Shown: positions 10,745 to 23,607 of the stretch, piece by piece
How the letters are laid out: each line of letters begins with the position of its first letter
Position numbering within the stretch: the first letter of the stretch is position 1
NCBI GenBank assembly: GCA_964016885.1
Contig: OZ024742.1
Coordinates: 374,480,001-374,544,000, forward strand
Length of the DNA: 64,000 nucleotides
Origin: Eledone cirrhosa
Lineage: Eukaryota
Direction: 5' to 3'
Made by a program: the position numbers and the translations under genes
The notes under the pieces: generated by a model
The model's database searches: none
What the model was told of the DNA's origin: nothing
What the model saw: the letters and a program-made list of their open reading frames with translations, nothing else

Positions 10745-12495
10745 AAAAAGGAGCCCTGGAAATGTCATTATGAGAGACTGATGAATGTGGAGAACGAATG
10801 GGAGAGAGAGAAATTACCCTTGGTGGATCCGACAGAGGGGCCAGCTATTGAGATTGACGAATATAGGGTCCAAGAGGCGATTAGGGAAATGAAAAATGGT
10901 AAGGCTGCCGGACCATCGGGAATAGTTGCTGAGATGCTGAAGGCATCAGGGGACGTAGGCACTAAACTGGTTGCACGCATCATCAATCAGGCTATATATG
11001 GTGGTGTCATACCCAAAGACTGGTGCAGCAGTATTCTCATAAATTGCTTTGGAGAGGAGCAATTATAGGGGTATAAAACTGATAGATCAGGTTATGAAAG
11101 TGGCAGAAAGGATTTTAGCACAACTAATTAGAGAAAGGGTCAAACTAGATGAGATGCAGTTTGGTTTTGTGCCTGGGAAGAGTACAACAGATGCCCTCTT
11201 CTTGGTGAGACAATTGCAAGAGAGGTTCTTAGGGAAGAATAAGCCACTATACTTAGCCTTTGATAGGGTACCCCGATCTGGTGGTGCCTAAGGAAGCTAG
11301 GTGTTGAGGAATGGCTTGTGAGGACAGTGCAAACTTTGTACAGAGGTACTCTCAGTAAAGTCAGGGTAGGAATGGAGTTTAGTGAGGAATTCCAGATACA
11401 AGTAGGAGTACATCAGGGTTCGGTCCTCAGCCCGCTCTTGTTCATTATAGTCCTCCAAGCCATAACAGAGGAGTTTAAGACTGGCTGTCCATGGGAACTT
11501 CTCTACGCTGACGATCTGGTTCTTATAGCAGAATCAGTAGAGGAGCTAGAGAATATATTCTGGCTATGGAAACAGCAGTTGGAAGCAAGAGGACTGAGAG
11601 TGAATCTAGCTAAGACAAAAGTGTTGATGAGTAGAAAAGAGGACAAAACCCTGATTCCGTCAGGGAAATGACCATGTTCGATATGCAGAAAAGGAACTGA
11701 CATAAATTCTATAAAATGCACACAATGCAGATCCTGGGTACACAAGAGATGTAGTGGGATAGCAGGCAAACTAACAGGTAGGGAGAAATATGTATGCAGT
11801 AGATGTACAGGGAAATTAGACAGTAGAAGTCGCACTGATAGACACATTTTTCAAATGCAAGAGGGCGCTATAGAAGTGGTGGATAGCTTCCGGTACCTAG
11901 GAGATCAGATTAGCATGGGAGGAGGGTATTCCGAGGCCATAGTATCTAGAATAAGGACGGGTTGGAAGAAGTTTAGGGAGCTGCTTCCTCTGTTGATGAA
12001 GAAGGGTTTCTCCCTGCGTACGAAAGGCCGGTTGTATGATGCCTGTGTGAGGAGCGCGATGCTGCATGGTAGTGAGACATGGGCAGCAACTGCAGAGGAT
12101 ATGCGACGGCTGGAGAGAAATGAGGCAAGCATGCTCCGTTGGATGTGCAGTGTAAATGTGCGTGAACGACCCAGCATAAATGTGTTGAGAGAGAAACTGT
12201 GTCTGAGAGGGATAGAATGTAGTGTACGGGAGAGGAGACTGAGGTGGTATGGACATGTGATGCGCATGGAGGATGACCGATGGGTGAAGAAGTGCCAGGA
12301 ATTGCCAGTTGAAGGAAGACGTGGTAGAGGTAGACCACGAAAAACATGGGCGGAGGTGGTGAGAACAGACCTCAGATCATTGAAGCTCACGGTGGAGATG
12401 ACGAGGGACCGTGACGAGTGTAGAGATGCTCTGCTGAATAAGACCCGTCCCACCCTTGCAAGCAGGGAAAAGCGGACGTAAAATGATGATGATGA
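10745..12495 (+). pseudogene. 5'-truncated, frameshifted RTE LINE, family B (RT + PHD)
   Basis: Broken ORFs 10781-12481 homologous to family A RT. Ends in cccgtcccacccttgcaagcagggaaaagcggacgtaaaatgatgatg. Confidence 0.9.
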
Positions 12496-12526
12496 TTATA
12501 TATATATAATATATATATATATATAA

Positions 12527-12715
12527 TTGTTTCTACATTTGGCACAAGGCCAGCAATTATCCAGTACATTACTGGTACTTTATTTTATCGACCCCGTAAG
12601 GATGAAAGGCAAAGTTAACCTCGGCGGGATTTGAACTCAGATCCTAAAGGGACGTAACTATGCTGAAAAAGCATGGCGTCCGACCCTCTACTTATACTGC
12701 CAATCCACCACCCTT
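12527..12715 (-). mobile_element. tRNA-derived SINE (Meta-domain-like)
   Basis: Minus strand has B-box gagttcaaatcc followed by gccgaggttaactttgcctttcatccttacggggtcgataaaataaagtaccag. Same family as 36560-37260. Confidence 0.7.
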
Positions 12716-12751
12716 ATGTGTGTGATATTATATATTATATAGATATAATAT

Positions 12752-13340
12752 CACACACTTACACCTCTCCAAGACAATGTCACTGGACCAAGACCTTAGG
12801 CGGTACTCAGTAATAGAGAAGACCCGCCTTACCTAAATACAAAGTAAAACCTACTACAGTCAGTAGGCATCTCTAACAAAATACACCCCCGTCCCACCAC
12901 TCCCGTCCCACCACCCCCACCCCATCCACACCGCCCCTTTCAATGTAAAGTTATGTTGGTGCCACAACATCCAGGCCGAAACAAATGAGATCGTGTAGTT
13001 GTCACGACAGAAAAAAACACACAGTCCACGCTGTAAATGTGGCCGTGTAGGCAACACGGTAAAAACCTCCCAGCCCCACACTGTAAATGTGGTTGGTGTT
13101 AGGAAGGGCATCCAGCTGTAGAAAACCCGCCAGACAGTCCACGCTGTAATGTGGCCGTGTAGGCAACACGGTAAAAACCTCCCAGCCCCACACTGTAAAT
13201 GTGGTTGGTGTTAGGAAGGGCATCCAACTGTAGAAAACCCGCCAGACAGTCCTATGCGAGCAAGACAACCACTCTTGCCTCAAGTGGGAAAACTCGCGTC
13301 GAACATGGACGTTAAACGATGATGATGATGATGATGATGA
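12752..13340 (+). mobile_element. RTE family A 3' fragment with an internal ~113-bp tandem duplication
   Basis: ORF end (HLHLSKTMSLD) plus 3' UTR and (gat)n tail; acagtccacgctgtaa...gccag occurs twice. Confidence 0.85.
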
Positions 13341-13509
13341 TATTATATATATATATATATTATATATATATAATATATATATATATTATATATATGTATT
13401 ATATATATATGTATTATATATATATCATATATATTATATATATCATATATATTATATATATATCATATATATTATATATATATCATATATCGTATATATT
13501 ATATATATA

Positions 13510-16500
13510 TTTTGTTAATCGCTTGTTAAATACGAGGACCTCATTCAATCCTTACCTCTAGCTAGCTACCCAACCCTAATTCCTTAATTCTATCGCATTT
13601 TCAAAACAAAACAAAATCCTTTCCTTCTTCTTCTTCTTATAAATTCCTTTAAATATATTATGCTACTTCGAAAACTCTAAACTCCCGCTCCTACTATCCT
13701 TCGCCCCCCTCCCTCTACTTCACGAGGGCTTCGCGGTCAGCCACCCCAATACCTACATCATGCGGCCAAACCTATCCCCCCCCCCCCACCATCTCTCTCT
13801 CGCCTAGCTATATATATATAAGATAAACCCTTCAAGTAAATCACTTTCGCCAAATTCATCGCTGCTCCTTCACGGTATATCATGTAACGTAATGTACACA
13901 TTTTTCTACCATCTCCACACTTCCATTTCGTATCCAGTCCAAACGTCCAATCTTGCCAAATCCTAAATGTAGCTGTGGTATTCCTAAAACAAATCTGTAT
14001 TTTTTGTTATTACTTGTTAAATACGAGGGTTTTTGTCGTATTGAACAGAACAAATCTTGTATTTTTGTTAATCGCTTGTTAAATACGAGGACCTCATTCA
14101 ATCCTTACCTTCTAGCTAGCTACCCAACACCCCGCCCCCACGCACCATTGTTATTACGTGGACCAATCATAAGCCAGAGCCCCCACGCACCACCATTATT
14201 ATTACGTGGACCAATCATAACTATACTATCGCTTGCCTGGTTGCCTTTCGATATATGATGGATGGATGGACTACGGACGGAATCCTGGAGAGTGGAAGAG
14301 AGAAAAATCTGGACGCTCGGCGACAATGCCAAAGATAAAGACAAATTCACCTCGTGGACGAGAATTCGAGCACTCCTCTTTGTTTCGACCGCGGATGGCT
14401 AACATAACCCCATCTCCCCCCCGCTCCCCACTGCCCCCCACCCTCCAAACGCAATCCAAAACTTCAGAGTTGGTACCATAAATGTAGGCACCTTAAAGGG
14501 TCGCGCTAACGAGGTTGTAGAAATGCTTGAACGTAAGGAGGTCGATGTTTGTTGTATTCAAGAGACCAGGTGGAGGGGTGGGTCTGCTAGATTCATTGAG
14601 GGTAAAAAACGATGCTATAAGCTTTTCTGGGTGGGAAATGACGATGGGCTGGGTGGAGTAGGAATCATGGTAGCAGAAAAGTGGGCAGATAAGATAATAG
14701 ACGTAAATAGAGTGAACGACAGAATAATTAAAATAAGACTTGTCCTCAACAGAACTACTGTGACAGTAATATCTGCGTACGCACCCCAATCCAGACTGCC
14801 CGGCACTATAAAAGACAGATTCTATGAGACACTGATGCTCACTACCTCCCAAATAACCGACAGTGACTATATAATTATTGCAGGCGACCTAAATGGTCAC
14901 GTTGGACAACTTTGTGACGGCTACGACGAAATCCATGGAGGCTATGGGTTTGGTACTAGAAATGAGGAAGGCTCCAGAATCCTGGAATTCTGTGACGCAA
15001 GTAACCTAACTATCTGTAACACTAACTTCAAAAAACGTGACAATCACCTGATCACCTATAGATCCGGGGAACACACAAGCCAGGTAGATTATATCCTTAC
15101 CAGAAGACGTGACAGAGTGTCTGTTGTAAACACTAAATCCCTCCCCCATGAAGAATGCACCTCCCAACATAGGCTGATAATTAGCGACCTCATAGTCAGG
15201 ACGAGACATACTCGACAGCAGAAGAGGACTATCCTCAGGAGAAAAATATGGAAGCTAAAGGACCCCACAGCCAGAAATAAATTTCAAAGCATATTACTTG
15301 ATGCTTTCGACAGTAAGGAAGAACATTTAGAGTCGGACAATATAGAGGGACAAAGGGAATTCCTGAAAGCAAACCTGCTGATGGCGGCAGACGAAGTCTG
15401 TGGCTGGAGCAGGCCTGTAGGCAGGAGGAGAGTAACATGGTGGTGGAACAGTAAGGTGGAGGGGTCAATTAAGGCCAAAAAGCAGGCTTGGAAAGTATGG
15501 GGGAAGTAGAGAAGACTATCAAGTGGCCAGGAGGGAAGCTAGGAGACAAGTGTACTTCGCAAGAAGGGAAGCAGAGGAAAGAAAGTTCAATCATGTTCTA
15601 CAACGCGAGGACCAAAAACGTGAGGTGTTCAGGATTGCTAGGCAATGTCATCATCATCATCATCACCGTTTTACGTCCGTTCTTCCACGCTAGCATGGGT
15701 TAGACGGGTTGTCCTGTTGTGGGCATTGTCTGGTCGGCTGACCATGCCTTGCTCATACAGGAACTGGTTTGGCTTGATTTCTACAGCTGGATGCCCTTCC
15801 TAACACCAATCTCATTTACAGTGAGTGCTGGGTGCTTTTTCGTGGCGCCTACACGTCCACTTTACAGTGTGGGCTGGGTGCTTTTTTGCCGTGGCACCTC
15901 CACGACCACCTTGCGGTGGGGGGGGGGGGGGGGCATATTGTTTATATGCTTCAGCATGTACCCATGGGAGGTCGGGTACCCTGTATTACTGCGTGACGCC
16001 AGAAGTCACGGTCGTGTGTCATTGACTTTGAGAGGTGTAGTTGGGTAAGGTCGGCTTTTATCACCTCATCCCAAGTCATCTTGGGTCTCCCCACTCCGCG
16101 GTTTCCATCAACTTCTAGTGCTCTGCACCTTTTTATGCAGCTGTCATCCTTCATACGCATCACATGTCCATACCAGCGTAACCGCCTCTGCTGCACGCAG
16201 CATTTGATTCCTCTTATGCTCAGTCTCTCTCTCAATTCCTTTATGCTTTGTCGTTCACGTATATTACTGTTACACATCCATCGGAGCATGCAGGCTTCAT
16301 TTCTCTCTAATCTACGTAAGTCTTCCACCTTCAGCGCCCAGGTCTCACTACCATGCAACATCGCTGTTCGGATACACGCATCATACAGTCTGCCTTTCAT
16401 TCTGAGGGAGAAGCCTTTTGCAGCTAGCAGTGGTAGTAGTTCCCTAAACTTCTTCCATCCCGTTCTTACCCTAGTTATTGTACTTTCTGAGCACCCACCT

Positions 16501-19500
16501 CCGTTGCTAATTCGGTCACCTAGGTAGCAGAAGCTGTCTACTGTTTCTACAGGGCCCTCCCAGAGATTGGTGGTACTTGTTTCCTGTGGCTGTTTGCTTG
16601 CTGTTTCAGCACAGCTGCTGCATGTGAATCCTACATTTTTAATTAAGCTTCCTGAGATCCCGCTACATCTCTTGTGTACCCATTGTTTGCATTTGGGGCA
16701 GAGAATGGAGTTCCTACATACTGAGCAAGGCCATTTCCCTGAGGGGATCTGGGTTCTGTTTTCTCGTCTACTTACAAGGACCTTAGTCTTTGTCATGTTG
16801 ACTTTGAGGCCCTTTCTCTCTAGTCCCTGCTTCCAGGTTTGGAATTTATTCTCTAGTTCTACCATAGATTCAGCTATGAGTGCGAGGTCATCAGCATACA
16901 GGAGTTCCCATGGGCATCCGGTCTTAAACTCCTCCGTTATTGCCTGCAGGACTATGATGAACAGGAGAGGGCTAAGAACAGAGCCCTGGTGGACCCCAAC
17001 CTGTACGCTAAATTCCTCACTATACTCATTGCCAATCCTAACTTTGCTGACTGCTCCCCTATACATGGCTTGTACCGCTTTCACAAGCCATTCATCTACT
17101 CCTAGTTTTCTAAGAGCCCACCAAATTACTGCACGTGGAACTCTGTCAAAGGCTTTCTCAAGGTCGACAAATGCCAAGTAGAGTGGCTTACTTTTAGCTA
17201 GGTACTTTTCCTGTAATTGCCTCACAAGGAAGAGGGCATCAGTGGTGCCTTTCCCTGGTACAAACCCAAATTGCATCTCGTCTATATTCACCCGGTCCCT
17301 AATCAGCTGTGCTATAACTCTTTCTGTTACTTTCATGACCTGGTCCATCAACTTTATACCTCTATAGTTTCCTCTATCTAGTGCATCGCCTTTACCTTTG
17401 TAGCAGTTGACAATGATGCTACTGCACCAATCTTTTGGTATGGCCCCCTCTAGTATTACCTGGTTAACGATACGTGTGGTTATAGTGTGACCTACAGACC
17501 CAGATGCCTTCAGCATCTCGGCAGCTATACCCGATGGACCGGTTGCCTTCTCTATCTTCATATCTCTGATTGCCTTACTTACTACGCTGCCGCTGACTTG
17601 TACTGCTGGTCCCTCTATAGGGTCTACGTGGGGTAGGGTCTCTTCTTCCCATGCATTCTCCTCATTTAGTAATCTATCATAATGACTCTTCCATGCATCT
17701 TCTCAGCACTTGTGAGGGCAAGCTCACCTTTATCATTCCGGATACACTTCTCTCCAATGACATCACAACTATCTCTGACACACTGCCTCGCAATCTTGAA
17801 TACCTCCTGTTTCTGGTCCTCGCGTTGTAAAACATGCTTGAATTTTCTATCCTCTGCTTCCCTCCTAGCTAAGTATACTTGTCGCCTAGCTTCCCTCTTG
17901 GTCTCTATGTAATGTACCCTGCTCCCCCCGTTCTTCCATTCTTTCCATGCCTGTCTCTTGGCCTTGACTGCTTCATCTACCTTATTGTTCCACCACCAAG
18001 TCACTCTCCTCCTGCTTGAGGTCTTACTCCAGCCACAAACCTCATCCGTCGCCTCTAGTAAGTTATTTTTTAGGAACTCCCAGTTCTCTTCTACGTTAAA
18101 TGTCTCTATCTGTTCTTCTTTACTGTCGTAGGCGTTGAGTAAAATATCTTTAAATGTGTCAAGCAATGTGTCAAGGAAAACCGTGATATTGTCGGGGAGA
18201 AGTGTGTACTTAACGATGATGGCATACTTGCCATCACCGACGCTGATAAGAAGGTAGCTTGGAAGTGTCACTACGAAAGGCTTCTAAATGAGGAGAACAA
18301 ATGGGAGAAAGACAGTCTCCCCCAGATCGATCCAATAGAGGGACCAGCAGTGTTAGTTGAAGGTAGTATAATAAGTAAGGCAATCAAGGATATGAAGACG
18401 GGTAAAGCGGCTGGGCCTTCGGAAATAGTTGCTGAGATGCTGAAGGCATCTGGCACGGTGGGACACACCATGGTCACCCGGATAGTTAACCAAGTCGTAC
18501 AGAATGGGGTTGTTCCGAAGGACTGGCATAGCAGCATCATCATTAACTGTTATAAGGGTAAAGGAGATGCCCTAGATAGGAGTAACTATAGAGGGATTAA
18601 ATTAATCGACCAGGTCATGAAGGTCACGGAAAAAGTAATAGCACAACTAATCAGAGAGAATTGACCTAGATGACATGCAGTTCGGGTTTGTGTCAGGCAA
18701 AAGTACCACAGACGCTCTTTTCATTGTACGACAACTACAGGAGAAGTACCTAGCTAAAGGTAAACCCTTCTACTTAGCTTTTGTCGACTTGGAGAAAGCC
18801 TTCGACAGAGTCCCCCGTTCCATTATCTGGTGGGCCCTTAGAAAAGTAGGCGTCGACGAATGGCTTGTGAGAGCTATACAAGCCATGTATAAAGAAACAG
18901 TCAGCAAGGTTAGAATTAACAACGAATATAGTGAAGAGTTTAGCGTAAAAGTTGGCGTCCATCAGGGCTCTGTTCTCAGCCCCCTACTATTTATTATTGC
19001 CCTTCAGGCTATAACAGGAGTTTAAGACCGGCTGCCCATGGGAACTCCTATACGCAGACGACCTAACACTCATAGCTGAATCAATGGCCGAGCTAGAGAA
19101 GAAATTCCAAACATGGAAGCACGGCCTAGAATCAAAAGGCCTTAAAATTAACCTGGCTAAGACTAAAGTTCTAGTTTGTAGGAAAGAAAATAAGGCGGCG
19201 GTCCCTTCTGGGAAATGGCCATGCTCAGTGTGTAGGATAGGCGTAGGTAGAAACTCCATTTTATGTCCCAAATGCAAAGTATGGGTGCATAAAAGATGTA
19301 GTGGGATCACAGGTAAGCTAACTAAGAACATAGATTTTACATGTGGCCGGTGCTCTGGTGCAATAAGTAGCAGCAAGTGCCCACAAAATACTAGCTCTTA
19401 CAACTGCGCAGAGGGCTCTATAGAAATAGTGGACAGCTTCCGTTACCTGGGCGACAAAATCAGCAGTGGGGGAGGGTGCTCTGAAAGTACAGTAGCTAGA

Positions 19501-20358
19501 GTCAGAACTGGATGGAAAAAGTTCAGAGAGCTTATACCACTATTAGCCGCTAAAGGGTTCTCCCTAAAAATGAAAGGCAGGTTGTATGATGCCTGCATAC
19601 GAACAGCAATGTTGCATGGCAGTGAGACCTGAGCATTGTGTGCAGAGGATATACGCAGACTAGAGAGGAACGAAGCTTGCATGCTCCGCTGGATGTGTAA
19701 TAGTAATATACGTGAACGGCAAAGCATAAACGAACTAAGGAAAAAATTAGAAATAAGAGGGATCAGATGTTGTTTACTCGAGAGAAGGCTACGTTGGTAT
19801 GGACACGTGATGCGCATGAAAGTCGATAGCTGTATAACAAAGTGCAGGGCAATAAAGATAGACGGTAGCCACGGAATAGGTAGACCTAGAAAAACCTGGG
19901 ACGAGCTGATAAACTCCGACCTCGCACACTTACACCTCTCCAAGACAATGTCACTGGACCGAGACCTTTGGCGGTACTCAGTAATAGAGAAGACCCGCCT
20001 TACCTAAATACATAGTAAAACCTACTACAGTCAGTAGGCATCTCTAACAAAATACACCCCCACCCCATCCACACCACCCCCTTCTATGTAAAGTTATGTT
20101 GGTGCCACACCATCCAGGCCGAAACAAATGAGATCGTGTAGGTGTCACGACAAAAAAACACAGTCCACGCTGTAATGTGGCCGTGTAGGCAACACGGTAA
20201 AAACCTGTAAATGTGGTTGGTGTTAGGAAGGGCATCCAACTGTAGAAACCCTGCCAGACAGTCCTATGCGAGCAAGACAATCAATCTTGCCTCAAGTGGG
20301 AAAACCCCCGTCCAAACCCATGCAAGCGTGGAACACGGACGTTAAACGCTGATGATGA
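13510..20358 (+). mobile_element. Full-length but disrupted RTE family A copy 2, interrupted by a family C insertion
   Basis: EN ORF 14523-15509. RT resumes at 18163 with frameshifts (~18660, ~19020) and a TGG>TGA stop at 19630. 3' UTR and tail run to 20358. Confidence 0.9.
15649..18154 (-). mobile_element. 5'-truncated RTE family C copy nested in copy 2 (RT ORF 15951-17561)
   Basis: RT+PHD ORF of 536 aa, (TGA)n tail at 15649, and gcaatgt duplicated at 15642-15648 and 18163-18169. Confidence 0.9.
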
Positions 20359-20622
20359 TTATATATATATATTATATATCATATATATATATATCATATA
20401 TATATATTATATATATCATATATATATATATTATATATATATAATATATAATAAAGAATTTATATCTAGTAACATATATATACATACAAATGCATATTGA
20501 TGCTAGCAAATATATAGGTTTTGTCTTAATAACATTGTGGTTCAATGCATGGGGTTGCAGAACAATAATATAAGAGACGTAAGATAAGAAAATTATAAAA
20601 TTAACTTACTTACTAAAATATC

Positions 20623-20704
20623 ACTTCCAACTAATTAGTTTCTGGAATGGAGTAGATACATCTTCCGAAGAAGGTGTAGAGAAACATCCCGTCATCAGGA
20701 AAGT
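20623..20704 (-). ncRNA. Type I hammerhead ribozyme fold (mirror copy)
   Basis: Reverse complement of 21063-21144. Confidence 0.6.
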
Positions 20705-21062
20705 CAATTCTCATATAAGTTTCCAGGCAAAGCGAGGACACTGGAAGCTTATTAAAAAATAAATCAGTGAATAGGAAATAGCAATGCGTGGACTTACTTC
20801 CTAGCCATTGAGAAAATCACTGCCTCTGTGTCTGTGGCAAATTCAAAAAGAATCGAACACGTCACGTCGAGGTCAATCGGTGGAAAGTGGGTTGTTAATA
20901 AGACAGCGGCCAGCCTACTACCGTAGCAGCAGTCATGGCCAGTATTGCTCGACAAATATTGGCTAGGAAGTAAGTCCACGCATTGCTATTTCCTATTCAC
21001 TGATTTATTTTTTAATAAGCTTCCAGTGTCCTCGCTTTGCCTGGAAACTTATATGAGAATTG

Positions 21063-21144
21063 ACTTTCCTGATGACGGGATGTTTCTCCACACCTTCTTC
21101 GGAAGATGTATCTACTCCATTCCAGAAACTAATTAGTTGGAAGT
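21063..21144 (+). ncRNA. Type I hammerhead ribozyme fold with extended helix II
   Basis: actttc-CTGATGA-c-gggatg...cattcc-a-GAAA-ctaattag (palindrome)-TT-ggaagt. Confidence 0.6.
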
Positions 21145-21234
21145 GATATTTTAGTAAGTTAGTTAATTTTATAATTTTCTTATCTTACGTCTCTTATATA
21201 TAAAATATATATCATATATATATATTATATATCA

Positions 21235-21572
21235 TTTCATCATTCATTTCATTTTACGTCCACATTTCCCTGCTTGCAAGGGTGGGACGGGAACTGATTC
21301 TGGCTTGATTTCTACAGCTGGATGCCCTTCCTAACACCAACCTCATTACAGTGAGTGCTGGGTGCTTTTTGCCGTGGCACCTCCACGACCACTTTGCAGT
21401 GGAATGATAAGGACCCCAGTCCCTATCATCTCATTTCTACAGCTGAGTAAACTGGAGCAATGTGAAATAAAGTGTCTTGCTCAAGGAAACAACACATCAC
21501 CCGGTCTGACAATTGAACTCACAACCTTTCGATTGCAAGGCCAATGCTCTAACCACTAAGCCATGTGCCTCC
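21235..21572 (-). mobile_element. tRNA-derived CORE-like SINE with RTE tail
   Basis: Reverse complement of the SINE at 31230-31575. Confidence 0.85.
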
Positions 21573-21683
21573 ATATATATGTGATATAAACCCATGCAAG
21601 CATGGAACACGGACGTTAAATGTTGATGATGATATATATATATCATATATATATATATCATATATATATATATATATATATAT

Positions 21684-21720
<37 letters not shown>

Positions 21721-21846
21721 TATATATATATATATATTATATATCATATATATTATATTTTTTCATTTTACGTCCGCTTTTCCCTGCTTGCAAGGGTGGG
21801 ACGGGAACTGATTCTGGCTTGATTTATACAGCTGGATGCCCTATAT

Positions 21847-21886
<40 letters not shown>

Positions 21887-21892
21887 CTATAT

Positions 21893-21932
<40 letters not shown>

Positions 21933-21969
21933 CATATATATATATTATGTATCTTATATAAATTATATA

Positions 21970-23477
21970 TCATCATCGTCGTTTAACGTCTATCTTCCAC
22001 GCTAGCATGGGTTTAGACAGGAATTGTCCCACATGAGGCAAGATTGGTTTTCTTGCTCGTATGGGACTTTGGCAGGTTTTCTACGGCTGGATGCCCTTCC
22101 TAACACCAACCACGTTTACAGTGTGGACTGGGAGGTTTTTACCTACACGAGCTCATTTATTTAGGACTGAATGTTGTGGTACCAACATAACTTTACAGAG
22201 AAAGGCGTGGGGGAGTGGGATGGGGTATATATTTGGTTAAGAGGTACCTACTGACTAGGTTTCTCTTTGTACATAGGCAGGGCGGGTCTTCTGTATAACT
22301 GTGTAGTGCCAAAGATCTCGGTCCAGTGACATTGTCTTAGAGAGGTGCAAGTGTGTAACGTCGGAATTTATCAGATCGTGCCAGGTTTTTCTAGGTCTAC
22401 CTACTCCGTAACTACCATCAATTTTGATCACCCTGCACTCTTTTATACAGCTGTCGTCTTTCATGCGCATCACGTGGCCATACCAACGTAGTCTTCTCTC
22501 AAGTAAACAGCATCTGATCTCTTTTATTCCTAATTTCTCACTTAGTTCATTTATGCTTTACCGTTCACTTATATTACTATTACACATCCAACGGAGCATG
22601 CATGCTTCGTTCCTTTCCAGTCTGCGCAGGTCCTCTGCACGCAATGCCCATGTCTCACTGCCATGTAGCATTGCTGTTCGTACATAGGCATCATACAATC
22701 TGCCTTTCATTTTTAGAGAGAAACCTTTTGTGGCCAACAGCGGTATAAGCTCTCTGAACCTTTTCCATCCCATTCTGACTCTGGCTACTGTACTTTTAGA
22801 ACACCCTCCACCACTACTGATTTTGTCACCCAGGTAACGGAAAGTGTCCACTATTTCTATAGAACCATCTGGGCAATAGAAGGAGCTAGTATCCTGTGGA
22901 CACTTGCTACTTATTGCACCTGAGCATCGGCCACATATAAAATCTATATTCTTAGTTAGCTTACCTGTGATCCCACTACATCTTTTATGTACCCATACTT
23001 TGCATTTGAGACATAAAATGAAATTTCTGCCTACTCCTTTCCTACACACTGAGCATGGCCATTTGTCAGAGGGTACCTGTGCCCTATTTTCCTTTCTACA
23101 AACTAGAACTTTAGTCTTAGACAAGTTAACTTTAAGGCCTTTTGATTCTAGGCCATGCTTCCATGTTTGGAATTTCTTCTCTAGTTCAGCCATTGATTCA
23201 GCTATGAGCATTAGATCATCTGCGTATAGGAGTTCACATGGGCAGCCGGTCTTGAACTCCTCTGTTATAGCCTGAAGGGCAATAATAAATAGGAGGGGGG
23301 CTAAGTACAGAGCCTTGATGAACACCAACTTTTACACTAAATTCTTCACTATATTCATCGTTAATTCTAACCTTGCTGACTGTTTCTTTATACATGGCTT
23401 GTATAGCTCTCACAAGCCATTCGTCAACACCTAGTTTTCTAAGAGCCCACCAGATAATTGAGCAGGGGACTCTGTCA
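21970..23477 (-). pseudogene. 5'-truncated RTE (family A-related) with stops and frameshifts
   Basis: RT/PHD ORFs 22255-23518, plus 3' UTR and tail. Confidence 0.85.
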
Positions 23478-23590
23478 ATGTGAAATAAAGTGTCTTGCTC
23501 AAGGAAGCAACACATCACCCGGTCTGAGAATTGAACTCACAACCTTTCGATTGCAAGGCCGATGCTCTAACCACTAAGCCATGTGCCTCC
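23476..23590 (-). mobile_element. CORE-like SINE head fragment
   Basis: A/B boxes and ccttgagcaagacactttatttcacatt on the minus strand, fused to the RTE fragment. Confidence 0.8.
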
Positions 23591-23607
23591 ATATATATAT
23601 ATATATA

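Larger units (their letters stand above)
20568..21199. repeat. 240-bp near-perfect inverted repeat (20568-20807 / 20960-21199), Penelope-like terminal repeat pair
   Basis: The arms are reverse complements with about 2 mismatches seen, separated by a 152-bp spacer. Each arm holds a hammerhead motif. Confidence 0.9.

Noticed and set aside
13700-13800. HDV-like ribozyme in the RTE 5' UTR
   Set aside because: Plausible for this clade, but I could not build the nested double pseudoknot by eye.
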